The notes below the pieces were generated by a model. The model saw nothing but the letters and a program-made list of their open reading frames with translations, had not been told where the DNA came from and did not search any database. The position numbers and the translations under genes are program-made. Below, piece after piece: positions 27,508 to 43,038 of a DNA stretch of 64,000 bases (position 1 is the stretch's first letter; each line of letters opens with the position of its first letter). This DNA is from Eledone cirrhosa (Eukaryota): positions 348,006,001 to 348,070,000 of the forward strand of contig OZ024740.1 in NCBI GenBank assembly GCA_964016885.1. The letters run 5' to 3'.

Positions 27508-27625
27508 TTATTCTGATGAAATGACAGCAAATAATAACATTGAAATATTGAATGTCTGCATAACTAAAAGTTTGTAGATAGCTGTTTTAGGTTATGTAAC
27601 TGTTATAGAAACACGTGTCAATAAA
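27508..27625 (+). ncRNA. Type I hammerhead ribozyme (pLTR copy 2)
   Basis: Same as 23880-23997, with one T>C in stem II. Confidence 0.8.
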
Positions 27626-27673
27626 TTCCTTTCAACTAAACTGTATCCATTCAAATCTTTCTATATATATATA

Positions 27674-27754
<81 letters not shown>

Positions 27755-27756
27755 AT

Positions 27757-28224
27757 AAGGAAAAAATGAAATTTCATTTCTGACTCTTAGTACGGCTGAT
27801 ACTTAAATATAAGTATACATCATAATCATCATCATCATCACCGTTTTACGTCCGTTCTTCCACGCTAGCATGAGTTGTACATACATATATGTATACAGAC
27901 GTATGCTAGTATGTTTATACATACATACATGCACACATATATATATGTACGTATAGAGGAAGGTATACGATGCTGATGACAGCTAATAAGCTAGAAACTA
28001 GTTCATTGTTCCTTAGTCAGTGTTGAACAAAAGGGCAACGATGGTTGCCGAACACTGTACGGCTACTAATAAATGTTTTGTAAATCCATACGTACATATA
28101 TATATGTGTGCATGTATGTATGTATATACATACTAGTATACGTCTGTATACATATATGTATGTACAACCCATGCTAGCGTGGAACGGATTTAAAACGGTG
28201 TGTGATGATGATGATGTATACTTA

Positions 28225-28232
<8 letters not shown>
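27757..28232. mobile_element. Inverted-repeat PLE stub with central hammerhead, in (TA)n
   Basis: About 145-bp imperfect inverted arms (27805-27952 / 28089-28232) around gatg-CTGATGA-c-agct-aata-agct-a-GAAA-ctag-TT-catt (27969-28007). Confidence 0.7.
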
Positions 28233-28303
<71 letters not shown>

Positions 28304-28589
28304 AAATGTATGCATTCAACTGTTTTTCTTTTGTTAAGAGGTTTACCAGCAGGTCACTTGGTTGACTTCGAAAAGAAATGTGCACCAAATATACAACCCT
28401 TTTCGTCTTTTGCATCGAAGCTATATTGTGAGGTGAAAGGAGATGATGAAGGGAATGCAGCGATAATTTCTTTGTTAAATTTAGCTCTATGTTCGTTATA
28501 TCCACAACCGTATCGGCGCCAGCGTCCTCTCCTTAAAGATGGTGGCAGGCCTTTGAGATCGAGCGCTAAGACTGACACCAACATCGATA

Positions 28590-28980
28590 CCCACGTAGTC
28601 CAAACTGCCCTCACTTGTGCCCGTCTAGTTGGCCATAAGAGCTCATAATTCAAAACGTTCCATCTGCATTCCAATCGACTCCCCATCCCTAAAACCCTCT
28701 AATTTATCCTTCCGCTGTTAGTTCATGTGCACACCACTTCCCCCACAATACCATCTCATCTTCATGCGCACCCGAAACCTACGTAAACATTTGGTTCGCT
28801 GTCTATCTTCATTTTTCCACCCCACCTCACTGTATTCCAAATTTTTGCTTGGTTCCGATATAACACCTGTTTGTTTTATCACCAACATACCGACCATCAC
28901 CGATATCAACGACATTTTCAACGTTTCCACTACTTTCAGCATAACATCTCCAGCATAATTTATTGCCTTTAACGATCACT
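28590..28980 (+). pseudogene. Degenerate Neptune-type PLE C-terminal fragment
   Basis: THVVQTALTCARLVG, FMRTRNLRKHLVRC and ..SIIYCL remnants parallel to 20040-20480. Confidence 0.6.
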
Positions 28981-29310
28981 ATATATCTCCCAGATTGGGA
29001 GCTGAAAAATAAATTGAATCGCTTTTTCGATGATTTTTACCAGGAACCTGCTCCGACTAACATTACACCACTCTGTGTTGTCTCTTTGGCATGTGTTATT
29101 TGCCATAGCCTCAGATCGACCCAGAATTTGAATTAATTTAGGTACACGAAACTATTTAGAAGCCTCTCAGATGGACTGTACATATAATTCAGCCGTGTCA
29201 GAATTCACTGTGGAGAGCTGAAATTCTATGAGAATTACGTTAAAGGTACAGTGTCTATGAAATACTCAGCGACTTGCTCATTAATTTTAAGAGTGCCTTA
29301 TTTCGTAACT

Positions 29311-29480
29311 CAGTTACGGCTCTTTACGTTCTGAGTTCAAATCCCGCCGAGGTTAGCTTTGTCTTTCACCCTTACGGGGTCGATACAATAATGTACCAGT
29401 AACGCACTTGGGTCGAATTAATCTACTTTACCCTCCACAAATTGTTCGTTGGCCTTGTGCTTGAATCCAAAACCGTTATT
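29311..29480 (+). mobile_element. SINE S1-related copy
   Basis: gagttcaaatcccgccgagg..ggggtcgatacaataatgtaccagt..ggccttgtgc. Confidence 0.8.
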
Positions 29481-30295
29481 CCTTTGATTGAACAACTGGA
29501 AGATACATCACCTAAACCAACAGTGGTCTATTCCATTTGTTCGAATGAAAAAACACAAAAGACTGAGTGGTATCGTTCAAAACAAATAAGACAGTGAATT
29601 GCTCTAGAATATATCATTTTAATTAAGGAAATGAAAACAGTAAAAATAAAACAACCGAAAGGAAATTTTAAAAACAATTAAATATACAGTTCTTTTCATT
29701 CCCTGTCATTACGCAAAATACACACATATAACGTTAAATACAATACCAAACTACGCATCGAACGTGTTTTCTGAAGACTTATATTAATCCATCCACCACT
29801 CCATCCATCTAGCCATCGATCTATCCATCCATCAACCCATCCATCCATCTGTTCACTTGATTATCTACCTGTCTATCTATCTGTCTCATAACTCTATGCG
29901 TCCTCCGCATATATCTAGATATATTGTCAAAGAAGTATATTTTCTGTAAAGAAAATACTTCAATCATCTTTTGGAAAGAAAGAAAGAAAGTATGAAAGAA
30001 AAGGAAAAGGGGTAAAGAAAGAATGAGATATAAAATGTAAAGTACAATAACAAAACAAACGTAAAAAGCACCAAGGAAAGAGACAGACACGTGTTGTAGT
30101 TGTCGTTTTTTCTAATTTGGAAGAAACTGCCACTTCAATAGGATATTTTCCGCTTGCCTGGATGCTTTCCTATCACACTGTACACAAATATACACATACA
30201 CGCACTTATACATACGTTCATACACTCACAAATATATTATACAAGCACATGTATGGAATGTAAACACACCCTCATCAAATATGTCTAATAAACGT

Positions 30296-30372
<77 letters not shown>

Positions 30373-30523
30373 TTCACATACTTAACCCCCTCTTACTTTG
30401 TATCTATTCGTCTATATATATATACCTGGGTATTGATAATAAGAAACTCCGATTAGCCACCCACGAAACCCAATATTATTGTACAATATCGAGTTTTTTT
30501 TTGTATTTTTTGTTACTACTTTG

Positions 30524-30593
<70 letters not shown>

Positions 30594-32639
30594 ATATATA
30601 TATAACATGATCGGATCATATTGTTTGTTTATTATTTTGTTCACACCAACACACGAACCGTGCACAGACAACACACGGGAGCCTTTAAGTTGACTATTAA
30701 CCTGCTAGAAATCCCTCATCCAGCCATCTGAAAGAATGGAATACATTGGAAAATGTACTGTCTCAAATTAAGAGGGGTTGATCACGGCTGGAAGATCTAT
30801 GACTATTAGTTTGCGTAATTAAAATTGACACAACAACAGCAACACTACTACATATATTGAGAGAATGCCAGTGAGAGAGATTGTATGAGTGTGTATGAGA
30901 GTGAGAGAGAGAAAGAAAAAAGATTGGGTGAGATAGAGATAGATATATATATAGAGAGAGAGAGAAAGAGGGGGAGAGAAAGAGAGAGGGCGGGGTGGAT
31001 AGAAAGAGCGAGAGAATGAGAGAAATTGAGACAGAGAGGGCGGGGTGGATAGAGAGAAGAAATAATCACAAATACATATAAATAAGAAACCACATATATA
31101 CACATTATCAAAAGCCAATCACACCCGGGGCCCACAACATAAAATTTACGACGTGTTCAAACATTTTACTCATTCGCACTCATGTCCTTACAAACAAATG
31201 AAAGTGTTAATTGATATACTATAATTAATTGATTAATTGATATAGCTTAAATAATGAATTAATAAACACATTTCGGCGGAGATAACAGAAGAAAAGTTGA
31301 GGAAAGTACAAATACAAACATTTACCGAAGCGCCGGTAAAAGCAAGCAAAATATATATTTATTAATTACAAATGAAAGATTGGTTAAAGAAAAAACGAAG
31401 GAAAGAAAGAAGGGCAGAATAAATAAAAAAAATAAGGGGAAAAGAATAACATTTAAAAATATTAACGAAAAATAAAGGATAATCAACAAATCAGCCACAA
31501 GTTAACATACAACAGCATCAGCTACAACAACAATCAAAGAAAGAGGCGATATTTCTGAACACAAAGCAGATCGCCTGCTTGTCTCGCTTTAATATTTCTA
31601 CGTAACTGTCTGTCATCACGACTGGAGATGTGAAAACACAGCAACAGTAACAACATCAGTGACGACGGCCTCAATAACAACAGGCAAACTAATAATGACG
31701 GCGATGACGACGATGACAAACTAAATCAATAATATGAGCTATAGGGGTAGACTCCATACGGACATCCAACCTGCTAGAAGTAGCAGCCAAATTTCCATAA
31801 CATTACTCGTATCCTACCCGTCTAAAATATAGTAGGATACACTGGATGATCAGGTTCCCGTGTGTACAGAACCATGATGTGAAGGTCACGGATGCAAAGC
31901 TTTTGGTAGTAAGGTTGCTCGTTCAGGGCTGACCTTGGACCCAACAAAACAACAACAGCAATATGATGTACAAATAGAGATAAACATACAGTCACACACA
32001 CATGAATAGGAACATAAATACAAAACACGCATAACGAACTGTAGAAAGAAAATTACAAAAAGTTTTTTAAAATATATAATAAAATAAATAAAACCCTCGG
32101 GTTATCTAGAAAACATACGGAAGTTAAAATGCGAAAGAAAAGAAAAACTAATGTGAGAATGAGAACGAAAAGGAAAGAATGAAAGGAAGGGGGAAGCTCT
32201 AGTTCTCTATACAAGTGTTGATAAGTACACATCTTAATATAACTGCTGTCTTTACGTGTACTGAGAGCCAGATTTATTACAGGTATGTTAATTTGCTAAT
32301 ATATCTTTATATTTTTTTAAACAATATATCATATTTTTATATCTACAATTTTATATTTTAAATTATATCTTATTTTATATTTACAATGCTTCTTATTTTT
32401 TTCTTTATCTTTTCAATGCCTACTTTGCTACCCGTTGGCCATCTCTATTGAATTTATCTTTTATTTTATTCTATTTTATATAATATTTTTTTTTTAAATT
32501 TAAATTTTATTGTTATATTCACTTATCTCTATAACTTGTGTTTTGTTTCTCAATATTAAGAAGTACTAGATATATTCACTAGTCTGCCATATATACTTTT
32601 ATTATATACACATATATATTGCACTGACACATACACACA

Positions 32640-32713
<74 letters not shown>

Positions 32714-32714
<1 letters not shown>

Positions 32715-32820
32715 AGGGTGTCCCAAAAATGTATACACACTTTGATTACCTGTACAGACAATATTTATTACAATACTGTTTCAGTGTGTATACATTTTTT
32801 TTTTGGGGGGGGGGGCACTG
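32714..32820. mobile_element. Tc1/mariner-type MITE in (TA)n
   Basis: TIRs cagggtgtcccaaaaatgtatacacact / agtgtgtatacattttt..gggg..cactg, with TA on both sides. Confidence 0.7.
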
Positions 32821-32856
<36 letters not shown>

Positions 32857-32859
<3 letters not shown>

Positions 32860-32912
32860 CCAGAAATAGCCGTCGAAACGGCTTGAGCTCTGCCGTCGGG
32901 GCCATACTTTTT

Positions 32913-32915
<3 letters not shown>
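32857..32915 (+). mobile_element. Family A PLE short-arm stub in (TA)n
   Basis: atccagaaatagccgtcgaaacggcttgagctctgccgtcgggg..ttcctat matches the arms at 8172-8289 and 58200-58280. Confidence 0.75.
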
Positions 32916-32965
<50 letters not shown>

Positions 32966-33397
32966 ATGCATGTATGTATACAAATATTGTATCTATATAT
33001 ATATGTACGTATGTATACACACACATGTCATAATCAGATAAATCACATATTAATTTTATATAAAATATATATACAATGATGAGTTCGAATCACAGCATTG
33101 CCTTGTGTCCTTCAGCAAGATGCTCTATTTCATGATGCTCCAAACCAGTCAGCTGGCAATAATAAGTTGAAACTCTACTTTACAGAACTCGTCAAATTAC
33201 TGAGAATCTCCCTGAGACTGCGTTAAGGGGACATGCGACTGCAGAATGCTCAGCGACTTGTACATTAACTTCATGAGCAGGCTGTTCTGTTGATCAAACA
33301 ACTGGAATGGTCGTCGTCGAAAACGACGGAGTTCCCAAAAACATCTCTCTCACGCACGCACACACATATATACACAAATACATAAATAAACAAATAA

Positions 33398-33437
<40 letters not shown>

Positions 33438-33826
33438 GCATTTATATACATATATACTTACATATATATATGTATATGTATATATTGTTATACTTTGGGA
33501 GGGTCATGTTGCCAATAAGAAACACGCACCAGTTGCTTTCACTCCAATTTATTATAAATAAAATTATAAATTTAAAAATTTATAAATTTCCGGTTGGTTG
33601 GTTGGTTATATATATATATATATATTTAATTAGAAAGTGAACAACAGAAAATATATATGCACACATATTTAGATAATATACATATATACATATAATTTAA
33701 GTACCTATGTCCATATAGGACATCCTGGATCTGATTGGTTTCGTCCTTAAAAAGAATAATCAGTATGTAAGAAAGTGTTTTTGTGTGTGTACACACAGAC
33801 ACATATGTATATATGCACACGACATG

Positions 33827-34035
<209 letters not shown>

Positions 34036-34814
34036 ATATATATATATCTATACATGTGTAAAGTGAAAGATAAATGTGTATAACTGCGATAATTGTATAT
34101 ATGGTTGTGTGTGTGTGTATACAAACAAATACAAGCTTACGGTCTCACATACTCACATTACATAACCGGTAATACAAGCTGGAGTTTCACTAATATAACA
34201 CTTGATTGTGATTTACGCTTTTCGGCTCGTTAGTCTCTACGCGTTTATGTACAATCATCCCTACAGTGAATATATGCAGAATGTCATCTTAAAACGCCCT
34301 CTTTATATATCTCTGATTTATGGCATTAAGTTGATCAGGATTAAACAAGAAAGCCTACAATCCAATCTCGTCGTATATTCAAGGCTTACGTGTAATTCTA
34401 GGCATTTATGTGAACAGAGATACTTAGAATTGAATGTGTTGCCCAAATGGATAAAGAAATGTCAACCTGGTAGCAGAACACCGAATACACTCTGCTAATT
34501 CGTTTCTATAGACACGGATATCAGGAGTCTACGAACGCCTGTGAATTTGTATTTTACCTTCGAGATATAGTAGCCAAATCTCCATCGAATCACACATTTA
34601 ACAGCGAATGGCAGAGTGTATGGTTCACTATTCTTATATAAATGATGGATGGTCTCGTTACAGCTGGAATGTTTTTGATGATAGACCTACTCAACGAGGA
34701 CCGGCCCGGGTTAAATAAAACGACAATGCCAACGATGATGCGAAGAATGATTCTAAGTTAACGTGCCTCATCGTTGAACACATCATTCTCTCTGCTTATA
34801 TATATGTGTGTGCG

Positions 34815-34853
<39 letters not shown>

Positions 34854-37074
34854 TGTGTATGTGTTTATGTCTATATTGTTTTGCATGTGTGTTTTTAATA
34901 TTTATTTTTTGTTAATATCAAAATCACAGGGCACCGATCACCCTTTTCAGGTCTTACGTGACTTTGTATGAGTCTGAGAATGTGTGTGTGTCTATATGTG
35001 AATGTGTGTACTTTTGTGTGTGTGTATATGTAGATATGTATATATGTGTATGAGAGGGTTTTCGTGTGTTGGATGCTCTGTGTTTTCTTCTTCTTAATGT
35101 TCTAGTGGCAGAAAGAAGATCAGCACACATGACCCTATTCAGGGCCTCCATTACTATGTGTGTCTGAGTATATGTGTGTGTGTTCATGTGTGTCAGATTG
35201 TACGTTCATTAATGTGTATATATATATATATATATAGATAGACATATATTATTTTATACTGATTTCGTTATATTAACTAATAAGTAGCATAGTGAGATTT
35301 TATTATGATAGTGAGAATGGCTCACGACTCCTAGGTAGAAACATCCTGTGTGAGGTGATTTTTAACGTGGATCAGAATTAATGCATCAGCAAGGTAAGCT
35401 CTGGTACACAGAGGAACTGTTTCATATATTTGTTCAATATTTACTTCAATGGGCTGTACTTATGTTGTTGATGTTTAGCCCAAGGTCAACCGTAATCGAG
35501 TAGACCTATTTTGAAAAGAATTCCAGATATCACAATTCAATTTACCGTATGTGCAAGGATCTAAAACCACGTTATCCAGCGTGATGTTCTTCTAGGCTGT
35601 ACGGAGGGATTTGAAAACTGCTGTTTCTAGCAGCTCATACTATCACGCAGAGCTATGATCCTCAAAAATTTAAGTTCTATGGCCCGTTAGTGGAATCCTG
35701 ACCCCGTACCTATCCTGGTTATGTACACAAATAAATAAGTAAATAAAAAAAACGATCAATATACAAAATAGAAAACAGACAAAAAACTACTAATTATATA
35801 TGAATCAGAAATTTGTATAAGCCAGTTATATTTTATTGCATTATTTATGTATTTTTATTTCTTATACACATTTTAGTCGACATCTGAGGTCGATATCGAT
35901 CACTCTGGGGACTCCAGAATATGAAACTTTCTCGGACTATCTAGGTGCATAGCATGTTCTCAGTGTTCCCACCCGTTGCTGCTGAAAATCCCTCATCATT
36001 CATGTTATTGGTTTTGGTCACAGTTCAACACTGATTGGGCAGATTTATGATTAAAGTCGTTCTCCCTATGATCTTCCCATATTTTTATATTATCTATGAC
36101 GCCAAAAGTATTTTGTTGCTTTTCAAAGTAGCTCAGGATTTGAATGAATATAGCTGCTACATGTGGCAAGACAAGCGTCTGAATAGAGACGCCATTATTG
36201 GCTCGGTCTTCTTTGTCCATGATGTCCGTGCTGACGTCCAGTTGCAATTGTTGAAGCAGATCATAAACTGTAACGATCTGGCAAATCTCGGAGGTCCTGT
36301 GAAGGTCATTGTCCTAATACTCTTTCTTGCCTCTTAATTACTACATAAACAAACTAAATTTAGTCAGCCATGCCATGCAGACCTTAATTAGAATCAGAAC
36401 TCATTTCTGATAACAAAAATTGTCACTGATCATATAGTAGAATCTGATATAAGGTTGAACCAACTACAACGTTGTACATGTACCTACAAGCCAATGTAGA
36501 GTGAAAAATGCTCTGTACAAAAAGGACCAATGCTGAACTTGAGAACGGTGTTGGAAACCATTTATATTGTTATGCAAGCATGGATGAATGGTTAAGGATT
36601 TTGTTTCAGAATCCTGAGGTCTTGTGATCGACCCCACTGCATAGTGTCTAGGGCCAAAATCTCGTGCCAACCCAAACCTTGTGTGTGATATTAGGAAATG
36701 GAAACTGTGTAAGATTGTCGGGTTGCTTGTACCCATAATTCATATATCTATCCTTGTTTCATATTGTGTCTCGTTGGCTCGATCTTCTTTGTCTATGTTG
36801 TCCATGCAAATGTCCAATTGTAGTTGTTTATCATATGTACAAGGTAAATCTTTTTTGGGGAGGAAACATATCAATTCAATCATACCAGCCAGATTACTTG
36901 AATGATACTTATGTTATCAGCGCCTGAGAATCATCATCATCATCATTAACATTGCTAGAAATATCATCCACATTTTTGCAAATCACAGGCTACCGTCACA
37001 AAACAACAGAGAGCCATTGCAAAATGCAGTACTGTGTCATAAAAAGAGGCAAGATTCTCGGGGATGTAATGTTT

Positions 37075-37640
37075 TGTATCATAGGTGTAATTCGCCAGAA
37101 TTGACCTGGAAATAAACAACAAAACTCCAAAAAACATTATCAACGTACTGTAGAATGTATCTCAAAACTGACTTCCACTTCAGAATCTTGAAACAATTTA
37201 TCCCTCCAAGAACGACCAAGTCTCTACAAAACTCAGTTGAATCTCTCAATAGAAGCCTGCGGCCAATCTTGGGGTGTGGCTTCCGCTTTACACGTATATA
37301 CAAAACTGCATTCAAAGAAAGGGCTCCTGATTTTGACAAGTATCTACTCATCAGCTCACTTCAACATACGTTCCACAGACGTTCTGTCTCCGTTGCCTTC
37401 CTTTTCTACTGTTACTACACTAATCTCTGCTACTCGGAATTGGCCCGTCCCGTGCTACCTCCACTTACGTACTTCCGACTCAGATGACCCTCTTTCTCTT
37501 ATTACTTATACTGCATCCATCCATCTTCTAGACCCCGTGCAAACACGTAAAATTCGTAAAATACGTAAAATACGTAAAATTCTTTTTTTTTTCAAGAACG
37601 TCAGCCCGCTAGAATCCATCCTTACCCACGTATAACTATG
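37075..37640 (+). pseudogene. Degenerate CR1/L2/Jockey-group LINE 3' fragment
   Basis: LYKTQ..IEACGQSWGVASALH and SSLQHTFHRRSVSVAFLFYCYY..CYSELARPVLPP match the typical post-RT region of these LINEs. Confidence 0.65.
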
Positions 37641-38784
37641 GGGCCTTTGACTTGCAGCTGATACTGATGAACGCTAGCCATGGCCACGTCTATCCTTCCC
37701 ATCTCTGCGGATATGCAAAGACCACGACCAGAGCAACTTCCTTCATATTAAGCCAACAAATAAATTAAAAATATACAATATCAAAATAATACTCCTGATA
37801 TATAAAAATGCCATCACTTGATTTACCAGGAATAGCAGTCAAATAAAACTCTGGTGTTTCTTTGTAACTGGTAGATATAGAAGAGGCAGTGCCTATAGCT
37901 TCTCAGGCACTCCTAATGTGGAAAGATTAATGCCGTTGACGCTTTGTTTAAATAGTTATAGTTCCATTCCTCCGAGTAAATAAAGGGAGACATAAGGAAT
38001 TCCAGAAAGTTAAATTTCTGGACTGGAAGGATTGGCTAGATCATCAATTTTGCGAAGAACACATTGTGCAACATATCTCAAGATTTCCTTAAAATGCAGG
38101 ATGATTCTCTGACTTGAATGCCTTTCGTTATATAGTTTTGCTTGATCAAAATTGACCTGGGTGAAAACAAAGATATCATCAACAAATTCAGTAACAATGG
38201 CAAACATAACAGTAACAACAAGAATATTGTTGATGATGTAATAAAAAATACTAATAATAATTAGATTAATATATATATATATATATATATATACATACAC
38301 ACACATACGTCATATATTGCAATGAAAACAAAGTATATCTTATAAAAAATTAAACCAAAATGATTTTAAAAACGTATAGATAACTGTCTAACATTAAGAA
38401 GAAAACAAATACAGTTGGAACTACAATACAACTAAGCAATGAAATCAATAACTATGATAATAAAATATCGATTTTGCCACAAGGGCAATCAATAACAGTA
38501 ACAACGTTAGCAATAACAAAAGTCAAGAGAGTGATGAGGTAGGCTTGTAAGATCCATAATTTGCTTAAGAAAGACATAGATACGGTCATAATGTCCGCCA
38601 CAATAAATATAAATATCACAATTGCATGCTCTTTCCTAAGAAATAATAATATTATCTTTCTATTTCGTAACGTATCAATATATGCTGCAGTCTGGTAGAT
38701 TGTGTCTAATCACACGCATACATGGCTGCGTAGATAATCATACAACACAGACGCACACACACACATACATATAAACACACACAT

Positions 38785-38853
<69 letters not shown>

Positions 38854-39232
38854 TAAACACACACACACACACACATATAAATATAAACACACACACACAC
38901 ACATATATATATAAACTCATATATACACGCAACTAAGAACAGACATACAGGCAGTAAACAGACACAGATGTATTGAGATAACTGACTCTATGGTTCACTT
39001 ATGAGTATATTTATTCTCTTTTACGCTGCCACAGTCTTATATATATACTTAGGAGTACGAATTTGATATGTCTGTACGTATACATACATACTTACATATA
39101 TATATATACGTGTGTGAGTCTGTGTGTTGTGTGTGTGTTTGTGTGTGAGCGAATATACTGTTTTCATATGCCGTATAATATCCAAGCACTCTTCTATCTT
39201 TCTCTTTCTGTCTATCTCTTTCTTTATATTAA

Positions 39233-39265
<33 letters not shown>

Positions 39266-39618
39266 TACATATAAATACACACACCCACACATATATATAT
39301 ATATATATATGTATGTAAATATATATATCCATAAATACATTGCGTGTATGTGTGTATATAAGTATGAGTGTGTGCACGTGTCTGTGTGTATAGATTTATA
39401 TAATGCCACTTTTAAATAACCTACACGTACGTGAAACATGAAAAAGCATATTTTGAACATATTTAATGTTTTCCCATTTAATGCCCCTCGAATGATTTTA
39501 TTTTATATTTACTTTGATAAAAAAAATCGACAGCGCTAATACGAAAATAAGTACTATGTTAGAGAGAAACAAATACAGAGAGGGAGGGAGAGAGATAGAG
39601 AGGTAGAGAGAGAAGGAG

Positions 39619-39653
<35 letters not shown>

Positions 39654-39871
39654 AGAGGTTATTATATTCTGTGTAAAGTGGTATAAGAGAATGAAGCATG
39701 CACAGAGAAACAGAGTCAAAACAAATGCCAAGTGGACACTGTATATTCTTTTTCATATCAATCTCTCAGATATATTTATAAGTATTTCATAATGTTTTGC
39801 TTTACTGGGGAATCAGCATGTTACGTTTGGTTTAAAACATATAAGTATATAATCGCTATTAAAATTAACTG

Positions 39872-39924
<53 letters not shown>

Positions 39925-39939
39925 CACACACACATACAT

Positions 39940-39978
<39 letters not shown>

Positions 39979-40029
39979 TATATATATAAATACATATATA
40001 TATATATATATATAGACATATACATATAC

Positions 40030-40095
<66 letters not shown>

Positions 40096-40112
40096 CACAC
40101 ATATATATATAT

Positions 40113-40168
<56 letters not shown>

Positions 40169-40172
<4 letters not shown>

Positions 40173-40351
40173 TTAATATAGATGAGATTCTACAGGACTA
40201 GAACTGTTTCATTCATTAGAAATCATCATGATTTCTAATGAATGAAACAGTTCTAGTCCTGTAGAATCTCATCTATATTAAAACTGTTATACTCTGCTAT
40301 GTATTGAGTACCTTACTTACTGTGGTTACCTCCGATTCAACCCGGAATAAC

Positions 40352-40352
<1 letters not shown>
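40169..40352. mobile_element. Hairpin PLE stub, family B, in (TA)n
   Basis: Perfect 58-bp arms 40169-40226 / 40228-40285 containing tgatttctaatgaatGAAAcagttctagTC, plus a 67-nt tail. Homologues at 61094-61245 and 61279-61400. Confidence 0.8.
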
Positions 40353-40405
<53 letters not shown>

Positions 40406-40984
40406 GTATATATGTATATATATATATATGTATATATATTTATTTATATATATATATACATATATACATCTATACATATGTACATCCATACGTACATACA
40501 TGCGTACATACATACGTACATCCATACGTACAAACATACATACACACACATTCTCTCTCTCTATATATATATACAAAATTGAGAGAGACGATTAACGAGT
40601 CACATTATCAAAGAGCGTAACTGGTACATATAGGTTTCTTTGAAATTTATAGTATTCCTTTTATGTTTATTTTATTCCGTTATTCGTAGAGTTACTGGTT
40701 CATATGTTTAAATTCCTTTGTATTACTTACAACATATAATTCACAGCAGATCTACGATTTTTCTGCTATTTTTTGTCTGTTCTCTAACGAAACCAGTCCA
40801 TACATAAAACTACTCACTCTAAAGCTTTTATTATAGATTAAATACTGTTTGTTCCGATTCCACGGAGGTGCTATTTACGATTATGTGTCATCGTAAAGGA
40901 CATTTCAGGTTCTTTGGGATCGATTTCAATGTAGCAAAGGAAAGCAACTTTTAATTCCAAATAAAATAATATTTAGTGGGGCCC

Positions 40985-41228
40985 TTTCACATCCACCTCT
41001 TTCACATCTCACACCTTTCACATCTCCTCCTCCTTCACATCATCATCATCATCATCACCACCACCGCCACCATCACCGTCACCGTCACCACCACCGTCAC
41101 CACCACCGTCACCACCACCACCACCAACACTACCACTACCACCGCCACCACCACCACCACCATCACCACCACCAACACCACCACCTCCATCCTCATCATC
41201 CTCATCATCTTCATCATCAACATCATCG
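40985..41228. repeat. (CAT)/(CAC)n degenerate trinucleotide repeat
   Basis: Directly visible. Confidence 0.95.
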
Positions 41229-42103
41229 AATCAAAAACCATGATGATTAAGAGTTGTTTTGGCAGGAATAGCTGTTTATATGCTGTAAGTTTTGACCATG
41301 TAGTGTTCTAAGTTTATATCGCGTGACTCTCGGTGTTTCTGTTCAACATTTGAGAGTCGATAATATAAGCAACATGAGAAATACACTGAGATCAAATTAA
41401 TAGATTTTATCTCTCATCTCCAACAAATGTCCTTGCAAATGGGTATGTTATTGATATTATCGTTATTCTTATTGCATTTGCAGCTATGTTAGAGTGACAA
41501 GTTATGGGTGAATTGAATTCATTGTCCGTTCTCAGTTCAATAATAACTCAAACGTTAATTTTACATGTATAATACTTTGCCAGTTAATTTTCATAGAGAA
41601 AAGTACGAATTGTCATTTCCAAATGGTTTAATATGATTCATCAACAAATGGAGCTAGATAAAAATGCACTAAATGACTGCTAATATGTTGTTCTATATCT
41701 CAGCTCTCTATTTACAAGGCTTATAGGCCTCATCAACTTCGCGTTGTTGTCTTTGTTGTTGTTATTGTGGTCAATCTCCGGTGATCATTGTTCAATGAGA
41801 CCTATGATTAAAGACATCCCAGCAATGAAATTCCCGGTATTTTTCCAGACAAGTTTCAATGCAGCTTGCAGAAAAGTTGAAGGCAATGATTTTGAAAAAA
41901 AATTGAAAAACCAACCTCGTGTTGGCACCAATAATATGATGTGCACGTTAAAAATCAGACATATCTTTTTATAGCATTATCCAATATTGAACAAATATTA
42001 CACTGACTTCTTCATAGAAGATCCAAAATATGTTTCAGTACAGGAATTAAAAACAATGTCTTTAACAACTGTGTATGTATGTATGTATGTATGAATGTAT
42101 GTA

Positions 42104-42555
42104 AGGGCAAAAGAGTTCTTAAGAGTCAATGGCCATCCAAAATCACCGGGAGAGATGACCCCTTAGCCGTTGTCAAGGCAGAATTCTAGGAGAAGGAAAA
42201 CTCTGATATAACACCTGCAACCCTGATGGTATCCAATGATGTTGATTTGTTCTTCTCTTTGGTAAATATCATCTTGGTTAAGAGAGTGGGACTGGCTTTA
42301 TGCAGTGCCTTTGCTCACTATAAAAGCTTCACGGCACAGGCATTGCTTTATATCTGGAGATCTCTCTGAACTTGTCACATGGTACCATGGGCCCAGCACT
42401 ATGTGTCAATAATTGTCACAAGTGTAGTGTTTGTACCAGAGTTTTCAAGTCGCTGGCTGGACTAAAAAGTCGCACTCGTTCAGCGCATCAGTAGGGGTTC
42501 TCCTACATGGATATAAAGTAGTGGCCGTACTCGAAAACGAGTTGGCAGCCACCAT
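42104..42555 (+). mobile_element. Non-autonomous RTE-derived element, family G
   Basis: The 5' part is homologous to family F. The 3' part encodes a C2H2 remnant [19 protein letters not shown] and ends ggccgtactcgaaaacgagttggcagccaccat. (TATG)n on both sides. Confidence 0.85.
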
Positions 42556-42568
42556 GTATGTATGTATG

Positions 42569-42914
42569 TAGAAATAGTCGGGCTGGACACCCGATCACGC
42601 GGTTAAACCACTGGGAGTGAAGGACTCCTAGCCTTTGTCAGGGCATTCTTCTAGGAGAAGGCAACTCAGGAAACTGGGATAACTCCGATATTAAACCTGC
42701 GGCTTAGTAGTTCCCGATGATGTTGATCTTTTTTTCTTTTGGGGTTATAGCTACTGTCGCTCAGAGAGTAAGATTGGCTCAGTGTACAGTCTTTCCTCAC
42801 TTTCAAAAATATCTTCACGCACAGGCATTGCACGATAGTATTTATTAATTAATAATTATTAATAATGGTATATCGTGCAATGGCCATACTCGATAACGAT
42901 GGGGCAGCCATCAT
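42569..42914 (+). mobile_element. Family F element directly following the (TATG) tail of family G
   Basis: Matches 10100-10440 and 55621-55961. Confidence 0.85.
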
Positions 42915-42926
42915 CATGTATCTATT

Positions 42927-43038
<112 letters not shown>

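Noticed and set aside
35880-36340. Possible further RT remnant (GVSIQ..) on the minus strand
   Set aside because: Too degenerate; the catalytic motif is not recognisable, so no call was made.
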